Source of the DNA: an uncultured Dehalococcoidales bacterium
GTDB taxonomy: Bacteria; Chloroflexota; Dehalococcoidia; GIF9; AB-539-J10
Reading direction: 5' to 3'
Length of the DNA stretch: 64,000 nt
NCBI GenBank assembly: GCA_964394145.1
Contig: CAYMVL010000043.1
Span: forward strand, 53,285 to 117,284
The notes under the pieces are model-generated. The model was not told the DNA's origin. It did not search any database and saw nothing but the letters and a program-made list of their open reading frames with translations. A program made the translations under genes and the position numbers. Below, one piece after another: positions 50,117-58,709 of the stretch (the stretch's first letter is position 1; each line of letters starts with the position of its first letter).

Positions 50117-50573
50117 AGTATTCCCTTTTGACATACTCTCGAATATCGAAATCCTTCCTGAACGGCGGCAGTTCTTCCCAGTCCTCAAGGAATAGTTCGC
50201 TGAGATCCGGGTTCCCCTCGAAGTTTATACCGAATAGTTCGTGCCCTTCCCTTTCATGTATTTGAGCACCTATCCACAGGTCAACAACTGATTTTATTGA
50301 AGGAGACCCCCTGGGTATCCTCGTCTTCACGATCACCCGTATCTTCTTGCTATGTGACCAGAGATGATAGACCAGCTCGAACTCCCCTTCATCAAGATAA
50401 TCAACGCAGGTGACGTCAGAACAGTGGTCAAAACCCATATCTTTAAGCTGCGATAAAATCTGGTAGCATTTTTCTCTTTTTACACCAAGCCATAATATCT
50501 TATCTTCACAAGACGAAGACAGAATCGCATCTTTGAATTTAGACTCGATGCTGGAGATGATTTCATTAACCAT
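50079..50573 (-). CDS. NuoC-like subunit
   Basis: VTCVDY, ERE..ELFGINFEGNP, PPFRKD. Confidence 0.92.
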   Translation of the reverse strand: MVNEIISSIESKFKDAILSSSCEDKILWLGVKREKCYQILSQLKDMGFDHCSDVTCVDYLDEGEFELVYHLWSHSKKIRVIVKTRIPRGSPSIKSVVDLWIGAQIHEREGHELFGINFEGNPDLSELFLEDWEELPPFRKDFDIREYVKREYYGDDKGYFGQEG

Positions 50574-50574
50574 G

Positions 50575-51024
50575 TTAATGACCTTTAAATCCGCCCTTTA
50601 TAGCCTGCATAGCCATCACTATTCCATGACCTATGTTCTCCGGCTTAGGAGGGCAACCAAGAATCCACATATCTACAGGGATATAATTGTCTATTCGCTT
50701 TACCGTGGAATAAGAGTCCCAATACATTCCTCCTGTCATAGGACAGCTTCCCAGAGCCAGAACATACCGAGGCGAAGCCATCTGGTCATAGATCATCTTT
50801 ATACGTTTAAGTCCCTTTTTAGTTACATATCCTGACACAATGAGCACGTCCGCCTGCCTCGGATTTGACACGGCTAATATCCCGAACCTCTCCATGTCAT
50901 AGCCAGACCCCACCCACGGAAGCAACTCCATGAATCCACAGGCTGTGAAGTAATTTATTGCCCATAATGAATAGGTACGTGCTTCATCCCTGGATTTTAT
51001 AACTCGCGGCGTCAATTTCTTCAT
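50575..51024 (-). CDS. NuoB/MbsJ-like small subunit with 3 Cys ligands
   Basis: TACGFME, YDMERFG, PRQAD, GSC..GG, GCPP. Confidence 0.92.
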   Translation of the reverse strand: MKKLTPRVIKSRDEARTYSLWAINYFTACGFMELLPWVGSGYDMERFGILAVSNPRQADVLIVSGYVTKKGLKRIKMIYDQMASPRYVLALGSCPMTGGMYWDSYSTVKRIDNYIPVDMWILGCPPKPENIGHGIVMAMQAIKGGFKGH

Positions 51025-51037
51025 ATCGTGTACACCT

Positions 51038-51358
51038 TCAATCAGACAACAGGACTACCACCGCTACTAAGGCGATGAGCAAATAGACAATGCCTATCAA
51101 GGCAATGTTGCCACCGGGTACAGTGGCAATTACCAGGGCTGCTACATGCAGGACAGTAAAGAAAAAGGCAAAATGGAACAGATGGTACGCGTGCTGTACT
51201 TTCCTGCCAGGAATATCCTCACCACAAGCATAGGTACTGAGCTTTGCCTTGTCCAGGCTTGGCTTCGGACTCAAAGCTATGCTTACTCTATATATCAGAT
51301 ACCCGACAAGCAGGAATATCAAGAACGCGATTGGTGGATAAAGAAGGACCTGTCCCAT
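51038..51358 (-). CDS. NuoA-like subunit
   Basis: Three TM segments, K.STYACGE loop. Confidence 0.85.
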   Translation of the reverse strand: MGQVLLYPPIAFLIFLLVGYLIYRVSIALSPKPSLDKAKLSTYACGEDIPGRKVQHAYHLFHFAFFFTVLHVAALVIATVPGGNIALIGIVYLLIALVAVVVLLSD

Positions 51359-52831
51359 TTAAGCTCCTCCCATACTGGCCATCATAAAGCTTACCACAGG
51401 CTCAACTACTTTCAAACCCAGCTCAGGATAGACTCCAAGCGCAACTGTGAGTACTACCAATATGACGATGGGTACAGCTATAGCCGCCGGAATTCCTTTA
51501 GCCTGCCTGGCTTTCTCAGAGATATCGCGTGAGAAAATGATTTTATTTATAGCAGGCAGGTAATAACATAAGGAAATCAGGCTATTCACTATCAGCAGAA
51601 CTGTCGCTACGATACCCCAGCCACCAGCATCAATGCCTGCTTTGCCGATGAAGAACTTGCTGACAAAGCCATTCAGCGGGGGCACACCTGCTAAGGCAAA
51701 TCCAAAAAAGGCAAAGGCAACACCGATTAGGGGCAGTTTCCGCCCTATTCCCCTCATTTCTTCCATGTCGCGTGTGCCAATAGAATACAAAATGGCTCCA
51801 GCACACAGAAAGGCTCCGCCCTTCATTACAGCATGGTTAAGTATGTGGAAGAACCCGCCCCGGAGTCCAAAGTCACCGGCGGTAGAAAGATACGCAAATG
51901 CTACACCTATTCCTAACAGGATATACCCCATTTGTGCAATACTGGAATAAGCCAGCATCCTTTTCAGGTCTCGCTGCACCATGGCGATGAAATTCCCCAC
52001 GAACATACTGACAATGCCAAATATGATCAGCACAACTCCAGAGTTGACCCCTGGTATTACCGCCAAGACTTTAATCATAATAATAAGTCCGGCTTCAATG
52101 ATTACCCCCGACAACATAGCGCTTATTCCACTGGGAGCAGCGCTGTGTGCGTCAGGGAGCCATGTATGGAGAGGCACTATGGCTGCTTTTACTCCGAAGC
52201 CGATAATAATGAGCCCGACGGCAGCAATTGCTTTCAGTGAATCCATGTTGGTAGTGAGTTTGGCCAGGATAGCCAGGTCCAGACTGCCCGTATACATAAA
52301 TATTAGGGAGATTCCCAGAAGCGCTATGAGGGAACCAAAGACGCTCATAATGATGTACTTCATTGCTGCTTCTATTGGCTCCCATTTCTCTTTCTCAAAA
52401 GCAACCAGAACATACGAGGGTATAGCCATGACTTCGAAGAAGACAAATAGGTTAAATAGGTCTCCGGCGAAACCAATTCCTACGATTCCAGCGATCATGA
52501 TCAGGAGGAGGCCGTAATATTTACCCAGGCCGTCATACTTCTCCATGGAGCTTACAGAAAATATTGACACCAGAGCACCCAGCCCCACAGCTACGAGGCC
52601 CAGGAATATGGCTAACCCATTAGCCTGCAGGTAAGTGTGAGCACCTCCGATAGACCAGGTTACTAGTTCACTTCCAGGATAAAGCGTGGATATCTGGACG
52701 CCAGAGGCGATGAGAAAGGCAAGCGAAACGAAGCCGGTATACTTAGGTTTGTGCAGCAAACGAGCACAAAGATAGCTTACCAGAGCTCCTACAAAGAGGG
52801 TGACGATAGGAAGCAGAAGCGATATGGTCAT
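51359..52831 (-). CDS. MrpD/NuoM-N-like antiporter subunit
   Basis: DLFNLFVFFE, EAAMKY, PLHTWLPDAH, DLKRMLAYSS, NHAVMK. Confidence 0.92.
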   Translation of the reverse strand: MTISLLLPIVTLFVGALVSYLCARLLHKPKYTGFVSLAFLIASGVQISTLYPGSELVTWSIGGAHTYLQANGLAIFLGLVAVGLGALVSIFSVSSMEKYDGLGKYYGLLLIMIAGIVGIGFAGDLFNLFVFFEVMAIPSYVLVAFEKEKWEPIEAAMKYIIMSVFGSLIALLGISLIFMYTGSLDLAILAKLTTNMDSLKAIAAVGLIIIGFGVKAAIVPLHTWLPDAHSAAPSGISAMLSGVIIEAGLIIMIKVLAVIPGVNSGVVLIIFGIVSMFVGNFIAMVQRDLKRMLAYSSIAQMGYILLGIGVAFAYLSTAGDFGLRGGFFHILNHAVMKGGAFLCAGAILYSIGTRDMEEMRGIGRKLPLIGVAFAFFGFALAGVPPLNGFVSKFFIGKAGIDAGGWGIVATVLLIVNSLISLCYYLPAINKIIFSRDISEKARQAKGIPAAIAVPIVILVVLTVALGVYPELGLKVVEPVVSFMMASMGGA

Positions 52832-52880
52832 AATTCCTTCACCCCGCTCAGCATTTCAATCCACTTAGAACTTCGTCTCC

Positions 52881-54656
52881 TCATATTCCCCAGACAAACA
52901 ACAGTATCAAGAATACGATCGCACCTATAACTATGCCTGCGTTGTTGTAATTCAAATCCCCTGTCTGCACTCTCCTGAACCTCTGCCAGAAAGCGAAAAG
53001 GCCCTTGACTATTACAGTGTTGTAGAAAATATCGAACCAGTAAGCTCTGATCAGAGGCAAGGTAGCGCGAGACGGTTCCCTAAAAGCGTTGATGACACTT
53101 GCTCTCCATTTTACAGTAAGTACGGCTATGATAATGGCTGCTACGATAGTAACCGCGATAATCGGACTGGTGAATGAATGATGCATAAGGTCTGCAAGAG
53201 AAATGTGCCCCACCGGATACTGCGACAGCGATGCCACCATGCCGGAGGTATAAGGTGAGATAAAAACCCAGAAAATGATAGAGCCTGCAGCCAGTACTAC
53301 CAGAGGCGCTGTCATTACACGTGGTGCTTCGCGAACCACCGTCTTGGTCCTGCTTTCACCCTGGAATGTAAGCCAGTACATACGCCAGGAGTACGCGGCA
53401 GTGAAGAACGCGGCTATAATGAGAAGGACAAGAGGTCCATAAACACCGTTTTCAAGCATATTTGCCATAATCATATCTTTGGAGAAAAAACCGGTCCAGA
53501 TCGGGATTCCCACCAATGCCAGGAGACCGAAAATAGAGGCAACATGGGTAACAGGCATACTCTTCTTCAGTCCTCCCAGTTCTCGCATATCTTTGGTTCC
53601 TGCCATGTGAATAATGGCGCCAGCGCAAAGGAAGAGGAGAGCTTTAAATATCCCGTGGGACACAAGGTGGAACTGGCTAGCAAGGACCGCCCCTCCCCCA
53701 ATAGCTGCCATCATATAGCCTAATTGACTTATGGTGGAATATGCCAGCACCCGCTTAATGTCCCATTGTGTCAAAGCTATGGTAGCTGCTAAAAATGCGG
53801 TTATAGCGCCAATCCAGACTATCGCAGTAGTCCAATTAGCAACCCCCACAAAGATCGGGTAACTACGGGCAAGCAGGTATATCCCGGCGTTGACCAGACA
53901 AGCAGCATGAATTAAGGAAGTGATTGTTGTGGGAGCTACCATGGCATCTGGTAGCCAGACATGCAGAGGAAACTGGGCCGACTTCCCAACGGCTCCCGCA
54001 ATGAACCCAGCCCCGGCCAGGCCAAGGAGAAGAGGAGAAATGCCAGCCGCGGCGTTTATTATTTCAAAGACATTGAGACTCCCTGTAGCATACCAGAGGA
54101 TCAGTATCCCGGCCAGAAATCCCACATCCCCTATCCGCGTTACAATGAATGCCTTGGTTCCCGCCGGTATTGGCTCGGCATCATGGTAGTAATAAGCAAT
54201 CAAGGCATAGGAGCAGAATCCGATAACCTCCCAGAAGATATACATGACCAGCAGGTTGCTGGTCAGAGCCAGGCCGATCATGCCCCCGATGAAGAGCAAG
54301 GTTTGCCAGTAATAGCGTGATAGGGAATATTGAGGTTCAGCATGCTCCATGTAGCGCAGAGAATACAGCAAAGCCAGAGCTCCAATGGAGCCTGCAACTA
54401 CGGCAACAAAGACGCTGAAGGAATCAAGGCAAACGCCGACGCTTATGTTCACCCCCGGTATCCAGAGAAACTCCTCAACGCTGCCCTCTGCAATACGGGG
54501 TATTAGCGACAGTGTCAAACCAGCGCTTATGAATCCCAGCGTAATGGCATACGCATTTCTTGCTTTGGAGCTTATTCTCTCAACCAGATAGCAAAACGGC
54601 CCACCGATTATAGGTATCAGCACGGCTAATATAGCTATTAAAGCACCAGTCTGCAT
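52881..54656 (-). CDS. NuoL/MrpA-like antiporter subunit
   Basis: FWE, RIGD.G, KSAQFPLHVWLPDAM..PT, IKRVLAYST.SQLG, HGIFKALLFL. Confidence 0.93.
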   Translation of the reverse strand: MQTGALIAILAVLIPIIGGPFCYLVERISSKARNAYAITLGFISAGLTLSLIPRIAEGSVEEFLWIPGVNISVGVCLDSFSVFVAVVAGSIGALALLYSLRYMEHAEPQYSLSRYYWQTLLFIGGMIGLALTSNLLVMYIFWEVIGFCSYALIAYYYHDAEPIPAGTKAFIVTRIGDVGFLAGILILWYATGSLNVFEIINAAAGISPLLLGLAGAGFIAGAVGKSAQFPLHVWLPDAMVAPTTITSLIHAACLVNAGIYLLARSYPIFVGVANWTTAIVWIGAITAFLAATIALTQWDIKRVLAYSTISQLGYMMAAIGGGAVLASQFHLVSHGIFKALLFLCAGAIIHMAGTKDMRELGGLKKSMPVTHVASIFGLLALVGIPIWTGFFSKDMIMANMLENGVYGPLVLLIIAAFFTAAYSWRMYWLTFQGESRTKTVVREAPRVMTAPLVVLAAGSIIFWVFISPYTSGMVASLSQYPVGHISLADLMHHSFTSPIIAVTIVAAIIIAVLTVKWRASVINAFREPSRATLPLIRAYWFDIFYNTVIVKGLFAFWQRFRRVQTGDLNYNNAGIVIGAIVFLILLFVWGI

Positions 54657-54658
54657 AT

Positions 54659-54964
54659 TTACCCTCGAAGCCTCCTGAGGTCCTTGATATCAAGACTCCC
54701 GGTATGCTTATGGGCCACAACTATGAGAGACATGGCAACAGCTGCGGTAATTGCTTCAATTAGAATGATGGTTATCACGATAGCCTGTGCAATTTGTTCA
54801 TTCCCCTGAAAAAAACCTGCCAGAATGAAGGCCAGAGTCACTGCTTTTGCAATAACTTCGATACCAATGAGTAACTGAACGGTATTTCTCTTTGCTAGAA
54901 GACAGTAAATCCCAATCCCAATAAGCAATATAATGGCCACCATATAAAGCTGCCACAAGCTCAT
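54659..54964 (-). CDS. NuoK/MrpC-like subunit
   Basis: GIYCLL..RN...LIGIE, EA, DLRRLRG. Confidence 0.9.
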   Translation of the reverse strand: MSLWQLYMVAIILLIGIGIYCLLAKRNTVQLLIGIEVIAKAVTLAFILAGFFQGNEQIAQAIVITIILIEAITAAVAMSLIVVAHKHTGSLDIKDLRRLRG

Positions 54965-55188
54965 CGCTGTCCCCTTTCTTTGACTAAGGTCAATATGCTG
55001 AAGGTGCCTGCTAGAATGATTAGTAGTTGTAGGAATACGTCTAGTGAACGGAAGCCCCAGAGTGCCTCGCTAAGAGACTTAGCCGCGGTAACGCTTACGG
55101 AAGGTTCCGGGAGAGGAACCAATAATAAAACGGCAAAAACGACGAAGACCACCGTTGCTATTATCCCTATTACGTGTCTTGTCTCCAT
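54961..55188 (-). CDS. Small membrane subunit (NuoJ C-half/MrpB N-like)
   Basis: Two TM segments, LWGFRSLDVFLQ. Confidence 0.75.
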   Translation of the reverse strand: METRHVIGIIATVVFVVFAVLLLVPLPEPSVSVTAAKSLSEALWGFRSLDVFLQLLIILAGTFSILTLVKERGQR

Positions 55189-55189
55189 G

Positions 55190-55429
55190 TTATCTTCTTC
55201 TCGTCAAGCTGATGACCGAGACAAACAAAGCTGTAATTAATCCGGCGCAAACAGAGAGTTCGAATACTCCAGCATAGGCGGAATTCAACTCGAAGAACAT
55301 TATGGAGATTATTACGCTTAGGATTGCCAGTGAAATAGCTGCATAGAGTATGTCCTTTAGCCGGACGGCCACGATAGCACAGGCAACAGCGGCAACAACT
55401 AAGATAACACTAACAGCATTAATGGGCAC
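55190..55429 (-). CDS. Small membrane subunit (DUF4040/NuoJ N-half-like)
   Basis: Three TM segments, A.YAGVFELSVCAGLIT. Confidence 0.8.
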   Translation of the reverse strand: MPINAVSVILVVAAVACAIVAVRLKDILYAAISLAILSVIISIMFFELNSAYAGVFELSVCAGLITALFVSVISLTRRR

Positions 55430-55994
55430 TGCTTTTGCCTCTCAATATGTCTTTAGGAGCGCAACGCCTGCTGATGGGTCGATAAGACAACTTTCCCCAA
55501 ATTGGTGGAGACACCCGTGGCATTTCTATCACTCTCGTTATGAGCAATGCAAGCGTTTCTGGAAAGGTTACCATACCAGACTGATTTTAGTCAATACTAA
55601 GATTTCAAGCATAAAATCTAACCGGGGTGAGGACGCTCAAATCAGGATAGGTTCTAATCGAGCCTGTCTTGAGGAAAATATCTCAGTCTGAACCCGGCCT
55701 AACTCAAGGGCCAAATAGGAGCAAGATTGGAAAAGCTGTACCCCGTTTATTAGGCAAAGACGAAGACCCTGCAGCCCGACCCTTACGAAGAGACAGCACC
55801 TCACATGGCCAGAAATTATATGATTCAACAATCCCCCGTTGGGTCAGGTACTTAGAGTCGAAAGGCCGTCTATGATCGGCTGCATGTCTTCAGCATGAAC
55901 GGGTTGTGTCAATTTCCAGGCCAATCTTGTAATCAAACAGACGCATTCTTGACACCAATACTGTTCTGGTCAGATAATATAATTGGTCTTAGTT

Positions 55995-56066
55995 GCGGGT
56001 GTAACTCAGCGGTAGAGTGCTTGCTTCCCAAGTAAGACGTCGTGGGTTCGAATCCCATCACCCGCT
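55995..56066 (+). tRNA. tRNA-Gly(CCC)
   Basis: GCGGGTG/CACCCGC acceptor stem, TTCCCAA anticodon loop, GGTTCGAATCC; CCA not encoded. Confidence 0.96.
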
Positions 56067-56106
56067 TTGTTGACGCTCCATATTCATCAAAGTATAATTT
56101 GAAAAG

Positions 56107-56382
56107 ATGCGGATAAAGCTAAGTAGCAGCCAGTTGGACGGGTTGTCGCATCAGCTCCCTTTCGAGGTGGTGTTGAAGGAGCCGAGAGATGTTAGAGGCT
56201 TCTTAGAAATTTTGGGGCATAATATGCCCTGGGATGGAATGGGGCTCAATAAGTTTGGCGATCCCCTCAGGAAGCCAAACAGGGTAGCTTTCTCGGTTGA
56301 AGCGATTGACGGTGGATTCATTTGCGATGTTCATCCTGCGTTTGCTTGCTATATCTCCAATATTTTGACAACGGAAAAGTGA
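56107..56382 (+). CDS. Hypothetical protein between the tRNAs
   Basis: 91-aa ORF after TATAAT; no recognisable motif. Confidence 0.4.
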   Translation: MRIKLSSSQLDGLSHQLPFEVVLKEPRDVRGFLEILGHNMPWDGMGLNKFGDPLRKPNRVAFSVEAIDGGFICDVHPAFACYISNILTTEK

Positions 56383-56437
56383 AATCCGCATTGCCAAGTT
56401 ATTCACTCCAATTTATGAGGCTGTCTTACGAAATCAT

Positions 56438-56510
56438 GGGCCGTTAGCTCAGTTGGCAGAGCACCTGACTTTTAATCAGGGTGTCCAGGGTTCGAGTCCC
56501 TGACGGCCTA
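56438..56510 (+). tRNA. tRNA-Lys(TTT)
   Basis: GGGCCGT/ACGGCCT acceptor stem, CCTGA-CTTTTAA-TCAGG anticodon arm, GGTTCGAGTCC. Confidence 0.96.
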
Positions 56511-56674
56511 CAAAACCCCGATTTCAAAGCTAATTTCGCCCTAAATCTCAAAAAATCCCCTCGGAAACCGGCTCCTTTGAGCACCTGATTTGTTAATAAG
56601 AGGGCTCGATTCCCGGGGAATTCGTATTTCGGATAGGGTGAAATTGGCGCGACATTAGCACCCAACTTCTGGCT

Positions 56675-57077
56675 CTGGTCAACCAGTCTCTGCTAGAAGC
56701 AGTAAGCACCAAGAGGCCGGAGAAAGGGCTGGTGCACCACTCAGACCGCGGCAGTCAGTACTGCAGTTATGAATATCAGTGGCTGTTAAGGCAGTTTGGA
56801 CTGGATGTATCAATGAGCGGAAGCGGTAACTGCTTTGATAATGCGCCGATGGAGAGCTTCTGGGGAATTATCAAGCAGGAACTGATTAATCATCGGAATT
56901 ATCGTACCAGGAGGGAAGCAATTGAAGATATTACGGAATATATTGAGATATTTTACAACCGGCAGCGGCGGCATGCTAAACCGGGACTGTTAACACCTGC
57001 AGCCTGTGCAGGCAAATGCTATGCCGGCCTGGTAGCAGAATAAAAGGTTCCGCGTCCATTACTGATATCCGACCCCA
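56675..57077 (+). mobile_element. IS3-family remnant (OrfB C-terminus plus right end)
   Basis: HHSDRGSQY, SMS..GNCFDNAPMESF, YIEIFYNRQRRH; putative terminal IR ending in CA at 57077; no N-terminus. Confidence 0.85.
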
Positions 57078-57081
57078 CTAT

Positions 57082-57112
57082 AAAAAGAAACGGCGCCACA
57101 AATGGCACCGCT
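57082..57112 (-). terminator. Intrinsic terminator downstream of the tRNA-fMet site
   Basis: Minus strand GCGGTGCCA-TTTG-TGGCGCCGT followed by TTCTTTTT. Confidence 0.6.
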
Positions 57113-57162
57113 GACATTGCCTGTCATGTTAGGTTCAATTACATCTGGGTTAGCTTCAAGAT

Positions 57163-57207
57163 TGGTAGCGGGGGTTGGATTTGAACCAACGACCTCCGGG
57201 TTATGAG
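57163..57207 (-). repeat. att site: 3' half of tRNA-fMet(CAT)
   Basis: Minus strand CTCATAACCCGGAGGTCGTTGGTTCAAATCCAACCCCCGCTACCA; tRNA similarity stops exactly at the anticodon loop. Confidence 0.9.
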
Positions 57208-57619
57208 TTGAACGCATGTGCTGATTTGGGATGGCTTCACGTTTGCTATGGTACATATGTTCTATTGCTGAAATGATGTGGCGAACGTGGGGTGATGGGG
57301 CGTGATAGGTGGGCGCGCTGAGTCTATTAGCAGATTATTAGCAAAATGTTTGCAAAATGCCGGGCAGATGTAGAAGGCAAAAATGGAATCGGGCTATGCG
57401 ACTAGTGCATTTGTTAGCCTTCACAGCTTCGCATGGAGAACCGGAGTATACGCCTGGGTCTGAGGCTCTGGGCACTAGGGGTCAAGGCCGCAGTGGAGAC
57501 AGGAGAAGAAACTCGTATTGCAAGTCTCGTTTTGCGCAGTGTGGTAGCACTGGTTTGGAGTATAGCTGTATGGTGGGTCAAGTGTGAACGTGATTAGCTT
57601 GTTGGGTAAATGGTCGGGG

Positions 57620-57647
57620 TTGACATAGGGTGTTTGTATAGTATAAT
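57620..57647 (+). promoter_or_regulatory. Consensus sigma70 promoter of the TA operon
   Basis: TTGACA-N16-TATAAT. Confidence 0.7.
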
Positions 57648-57773
57648 GATGTTGGATAATAAGGAATACCAAATAAATTATATGAGCTTAGGAGTTGTTC
57701 CTATGGACTCAGCATCAAAAGGAAGAGCGGCCTGAAAGGGACGCCGAGACCGCATTTTTGTTTCAGGAGGTGG

Positions 57774-58301
57774 ATGATGGCGACATCTGAAATTGCCTTC
57801 GAATTCAATGAAACTAAAGCGATCGAAACTATACTCTACCTCGCCAATAGAATGTCACGCTCTGATAAATACAACATTTGTAAGATGCTTTATCTCGCAG
57901 ATAAGATCTCCCTTGAGAAATATGGGAGATTCATATTCGGAGAATCCTACTGGGCCATGAAGGAAGGGGCGACACCGTCTAAATCCTATGATCTTCTAAA
58001 AGAAATTGCACGAGAATGTTCTGAAGAACTCAGATTAGAAGGCAATGCTGTTATCCCACTGCGTGATGCCAACTTGGATTATCTAAGTGAATCAGATATT
58101 GAATGTTTAGACCACACAATCAGCATATATGATAGGAACCCTAAAAAAATGCGTCTTGATAGCCATGACGGTGCGTGGGAAAAAGCGTGGCACAATAGAG
58201 GCGAAAAGGGAAGTGCTGATATTTCAGTCAGAAGCATTGCCAGAACACTCGCTGATTCTGAGGACTTGATAGACTATCTAACAAATCGTAATGTTGAATA
58301 A
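57774..58301 (+). CDS. Panacea (DUF4065/SocA) antitoxin
   Basis: F...KAIETILYL, KMLYLAD..SL..YGR.I.GE.Y.AM..G..PS, LSESD, SHD.AW; start may be 57777. Confidence 0.85.
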   Translation: MMATSEIAFEFNETKAIETILYLANRMSRSDKYNICKMLYLADKISLEKYGRFIFGESYWAMKEGATPSKSYDLLKEIARECSEELRLEGNAVIPLRDANLDYLSESDIECLDHTISIYDRNPKKMRLDSHDGAWEKAWHNRGEKGSADISVRSIARTLADSEDLIDYLTNRNVE

Positions 58302-58306
58302 CCTTC

Positions 58307-58672
58307 ATGATTGCCCTATGGCATATCTATCGTGTGAAGAAGTGTCGGTACACAACCCCTCCCAAAGACAAGTATGTTATTATCGTCTGTTTGAACCCTA
58401 ATCCATATGGCTTTCTGGTCAATTCAAGAATAGCTCCCTTTGTCCAAAAAAAACCTGATTTGCTATCTAGCCAGGTTTCTATAACTGCTGATAGATACGG
58501 CTTCTTAAAGCATGATTCGTATATAAACTGTGGTCAGCTGTTTTCGTTCAAGGGCAGTGAATTACATGGTGTTCAAGACGTTCAAAACAATACGAGAAAG
58601 CAAATAGAGAGGGTTGTAGCTAATTCTAAGTTAATCGAGCCTATTTACAAGAGGCTCATATGTGGCAAATGA
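58307..58672 (+). CDS. Putative toxin partner, PemK/MazF-like fold suspected
   Basis: 5 nt after the Panacea gene; PPKDKYVIIV, FLVNS, FLKHDSYINC. Confidence 0.55.
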   Translation: MIALWHIYRVKKCRYTTPPKDKYVIIVCLNPNPYGFLVNSRIAPFVQKKPDLLSSQVSITADRYGFLKHDSYINCGQLFSFKGSELHGVQDVQNNTRKQIERVVANSKLIEPIYKRLICGK

Positions 58673-58709
58673 GTTTAATTATTGGCTATTATAGAGTTTG
58701 CCAGTTTCT

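Noticed and set aside
47451-55429. Canonical nuo operon
   Set aside because: No NuoEFG, only two antiporter subunits, NuoB lacks the tandem CC, and the large subunit retains Cys residues.
55430-55990. Riboswitch upstream of the membrane-complex operon
   Set aside because: Only promoter-like hexamers were seen; no aptamer consensus was recognised.
57163-57207. Functional tRNA-Met
   Set aside because: The 5' half (acceptor 5' strand and D-arm) is missing, so it is an att remnant.
56444-57256. Minus-strand ORFs 56444-56665 and 57059-57256
   Set aside because: They are spurious translations across tRNA sequences.
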